DNA from: a virus
Direction: 5' to 3' (one strand)
Length of the DNA: 5,893 nt
IMG/VR virus record: IMGVR_UViG_3300045988_013400
Shown here: in pieces, positions 5,106-5,893 of the stretch
Layout: each line of letters opens with the position of its first letter
Numbering within the stretch: position 1 is the stretch's first letter
Program-made: the position numbers and the translations under genes
Notes under the pieces: generated by a model
The model's input: only the letters and a program-made list of their open reading frames with translations
What the model was told of the DNA's origin: nothing
Databases searched by the model: none

Positions 5106-5207
5106 AGCATTTTTTGCCTTTTATTTACGCTTTAGCGTTAAATTTTAGTACTTTTCAACTTTTCCACTACCCCTACTACTACTTCTACAACAAGTTAATA
5201 TTATATT

Positions 5208-5250
5208 GCGCGTGCGCGCGTGCGCGCTATCGCGCGTGTGCGCACGTGTA
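5208..5250. repeat. GC-rich alternating purine-pyrimidine block (Z-DNA-prone and self-complementary)
   Basis: gcgcgtgcgcgcgtgcgcgc (5208..5227) and cgcgcgtgtgcgcacgtgta (5231..5250) are each 20 nt of perfect Pu/Py alternation, separated by tat. Positions 5208..5248 are 78% GC (32 of 41) in an AT-rich genome. CGCGC (5223..5227) pairs with GCGCG (5232..5236) around the loop tatc, and the stem extends to 5216/5243 only through three G.T pairs on the + strand. Confidence 0.9.
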
Positions 5251-5302
5251 AATTAGATTATTTGATGGACAGAATAGTCTGATACATGGAGCCTTTAGAC
5301 GA

Positions 5303-5338
5303 CAAAAGCCCAGTACCTTACTTGATAGGTACTGGGCT
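5303..5338 (-). terminator. Rho-independent terminator downstream of Rep (end of the genome-length - strand transcription unit)
   Basis: The - strand reads AGCCCAGTACCT-atcaagta-AGGTACTGGGCT, a 12-bp perfect stem (5338..5327 pairing with 5318..5307) with an 8-nt loop, followed immediately by TTTG TCGTC. The T-run is short (4 T counting the last stem base). Confidence 0.6.
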
Positions 5339-5366
5339 AGGTGACACCATTTTCTAGTTAGTTAGA

Positions 5367-5428
5367 CTAACCGGTGCCCAGTTAGTCAGGCTAACCGGTG
5401 CCCAGTTAGTCAGGCTAACCGTTTTCAA
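5367..5428 (+). repeat. Tandem 2 x 24-nt hairpin units plus ctaaccgttttcaa. The last 38 nt (5391..5428) are direct repeat copy B.
   Basis: ctaaccggtgcccagttagtcagg occurs at 5367..5390 and 5391..5414, then ctaaccgttttcaa at 5415..5428. The array lies in the 3' UTR between the Rep stop (5437) and the terminator. Confidence 0.95.
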
Positions 5429-5436
5429 CGATATTG

Positions 5437-5893
5437 TTAAAGTGTCCCCCTCTTCTTCATCTGCTTCTTTATCACTCTTTCTTTTGTCTTACATTGCTCT
5501 GCAAAGTCTGCATTTTCATACTTAAGTCGGTTCTCTGCTATGACTGCCGCTTGTCTGTTCTGTTTAATTCTCCACAATCTTTGTGGGTTTTCAGCTTCCA
5601 TCATTTTTTCATAATAGCGCGGAATTTGTGCGCGTTTGCCGTTTGTGCATTGGATATATCCTTGCCGCCAGATTTCTTCTTTGTGCTCTTGGTAATAGTG
5701 ATCGCCTAAACCCGGTTTTAGGCTCATGCAAGCGAATGGTTTTGCTTGTCCTAGTTCGTAGTATGCGTTTGCTTTTTGACCGTCTATCTCATACATTTTT
5801 TTTGTGACGTATCCTGCAACATATCTATATGTTTCTGGCACTGCTTGTGCTATCTGTATTTGACCCATGCCCCATAGGTTCGCTAGCCATTCA
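5437..5893 (-). CDS. VP4: Replication initiator VP4, 3' portion (the C-terminal 119 codons plus stop are unique; 5795..5893 duplicates 1..99)
   Basis: ORF 5437..5868 translates as MGQIQIAQAVPETYRYVAGYVTKKMYEIDG.... The frame stays open upstream to the window end and continues at position 100 onward. The stop is TAA at 5439..5437. The track's M at 5868 is internal, not the true start. Confidence 0.92.
   Translation of the reverse strand, partial: EWLANLWGMGQIQIAQAVPETYRYVAGYVTKKMYEIDGQKANAYYELGQAKPFACMSLKPGLGDHYYQEHKEEIWRQGYIQCTNGKRAQIPRYYEKMMEAENPQRLWRIKQNRQAAVIAENRLKYENADFAEQCKTKERVIKKQMKKRGTL
5795..5893. repeat. Terminal overlap copy B (identical to 1..99)
   Basis: See the feature at 1..99. 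Confidence 0.95.

Noticed and set aside
4691-5135. + strand ORFs 4691..4957 and 4893..5135 (the latter translating to ...FQSFQHFQHFQQVFNK...)
   Set aside because: The first is antisense to the peptidase gene and the promoter. The second is simply the TTTCAAC iterons read as codons. Neither has a Shine-Dalgarno site, both are on the wrong strand, and the periodic peptide is a repeat artefact.
4954-5428. Possible CRISPR array, because of the repeated 24-nt hairpin-forming units
   Set aside because: There are only three copies. Two are directly tandem with no spacer and the third is 389 nt away from them. No cas genes are present, and the element sits in a 5.8-kb phage genome.
4774-5436. A tRNA or other structured ncRNA gene in the non-coding region
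   Set aside because: I could not build a cloverleaf or find conserved tRNA boxes. The hairpins are better explained as a terminator, palindromes and repeats. A covariance-model scan would be needed to exclude a novel small RNA.
5434-5807. + strand ORFs 5434..5709 and 5583..5807, which look hydrophobic and could be mistaken for a holin
   Set aside because: They are antisense to the Rep C-terminus. The hydrophobicity is the usual antisense effect of an A-rich coding strand, and there is no Shine-Dalgarno site or promoter on that strand.

Overview
This window holds one complete circular genome of a small ssDNA phage of the family Microviridae (Gokushovirinae-like), shown as the reverse complement of the coding sense. 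Bases 1-99 are identical to 5795-5893, so the true circle is 5,794 nt and the window ends are an assembly overlap. All nine genes I can support lie on the - strand and are tightly packed and translationally coupled. In transcription order they are: a stand-alone peptidase M15A-type cell-wall hydrolase (4773..4381); two small unknown ORFs (40 aa and 75 aa); a 33-aa basic ORF8/J-like protein ending MRGGIRL that is missing from the ORF track (4021..3920); a VP5-like protein; a VP3-like scaffold; the VP1 major capsid protein (560 aa, GTG start); the VP2 pilot protein; and the VP4 rolling-circle Rep, which wraps around the window ends (662..1 joined to 5794..5437, 339 aa). Several ORF-track N-termini are TTG/GTG over-extensions, and internal ATGs with strong AGGAG-type Shine-Dalgarno sites fit better. 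The unusual part is one 663-nt non-coding region (4774..5436, about 11% of an otherwise gapless genome). It contains a promoter, a 51-nt near-perfect palindrome built from GGCAA/TTGCC pentamers, and at least 9 exact TTTCAAC iterons in two phased clusters. It also contains a 78% GC block of two 20-nt alternating purine-pyrimidine tracts flanked by AT-rich DNA, a strong - strand terminator hairpin, and a 24-nt hairpin-forming unit present three times, so that identical 38-nt direct repeats bracket a 399-nt core. The most likely roles for this region are origin, regulation, or possibly integration (attP). The peptidase gene is the main accessory cargo. All + strand ORFs in the track look like antisense shadows.
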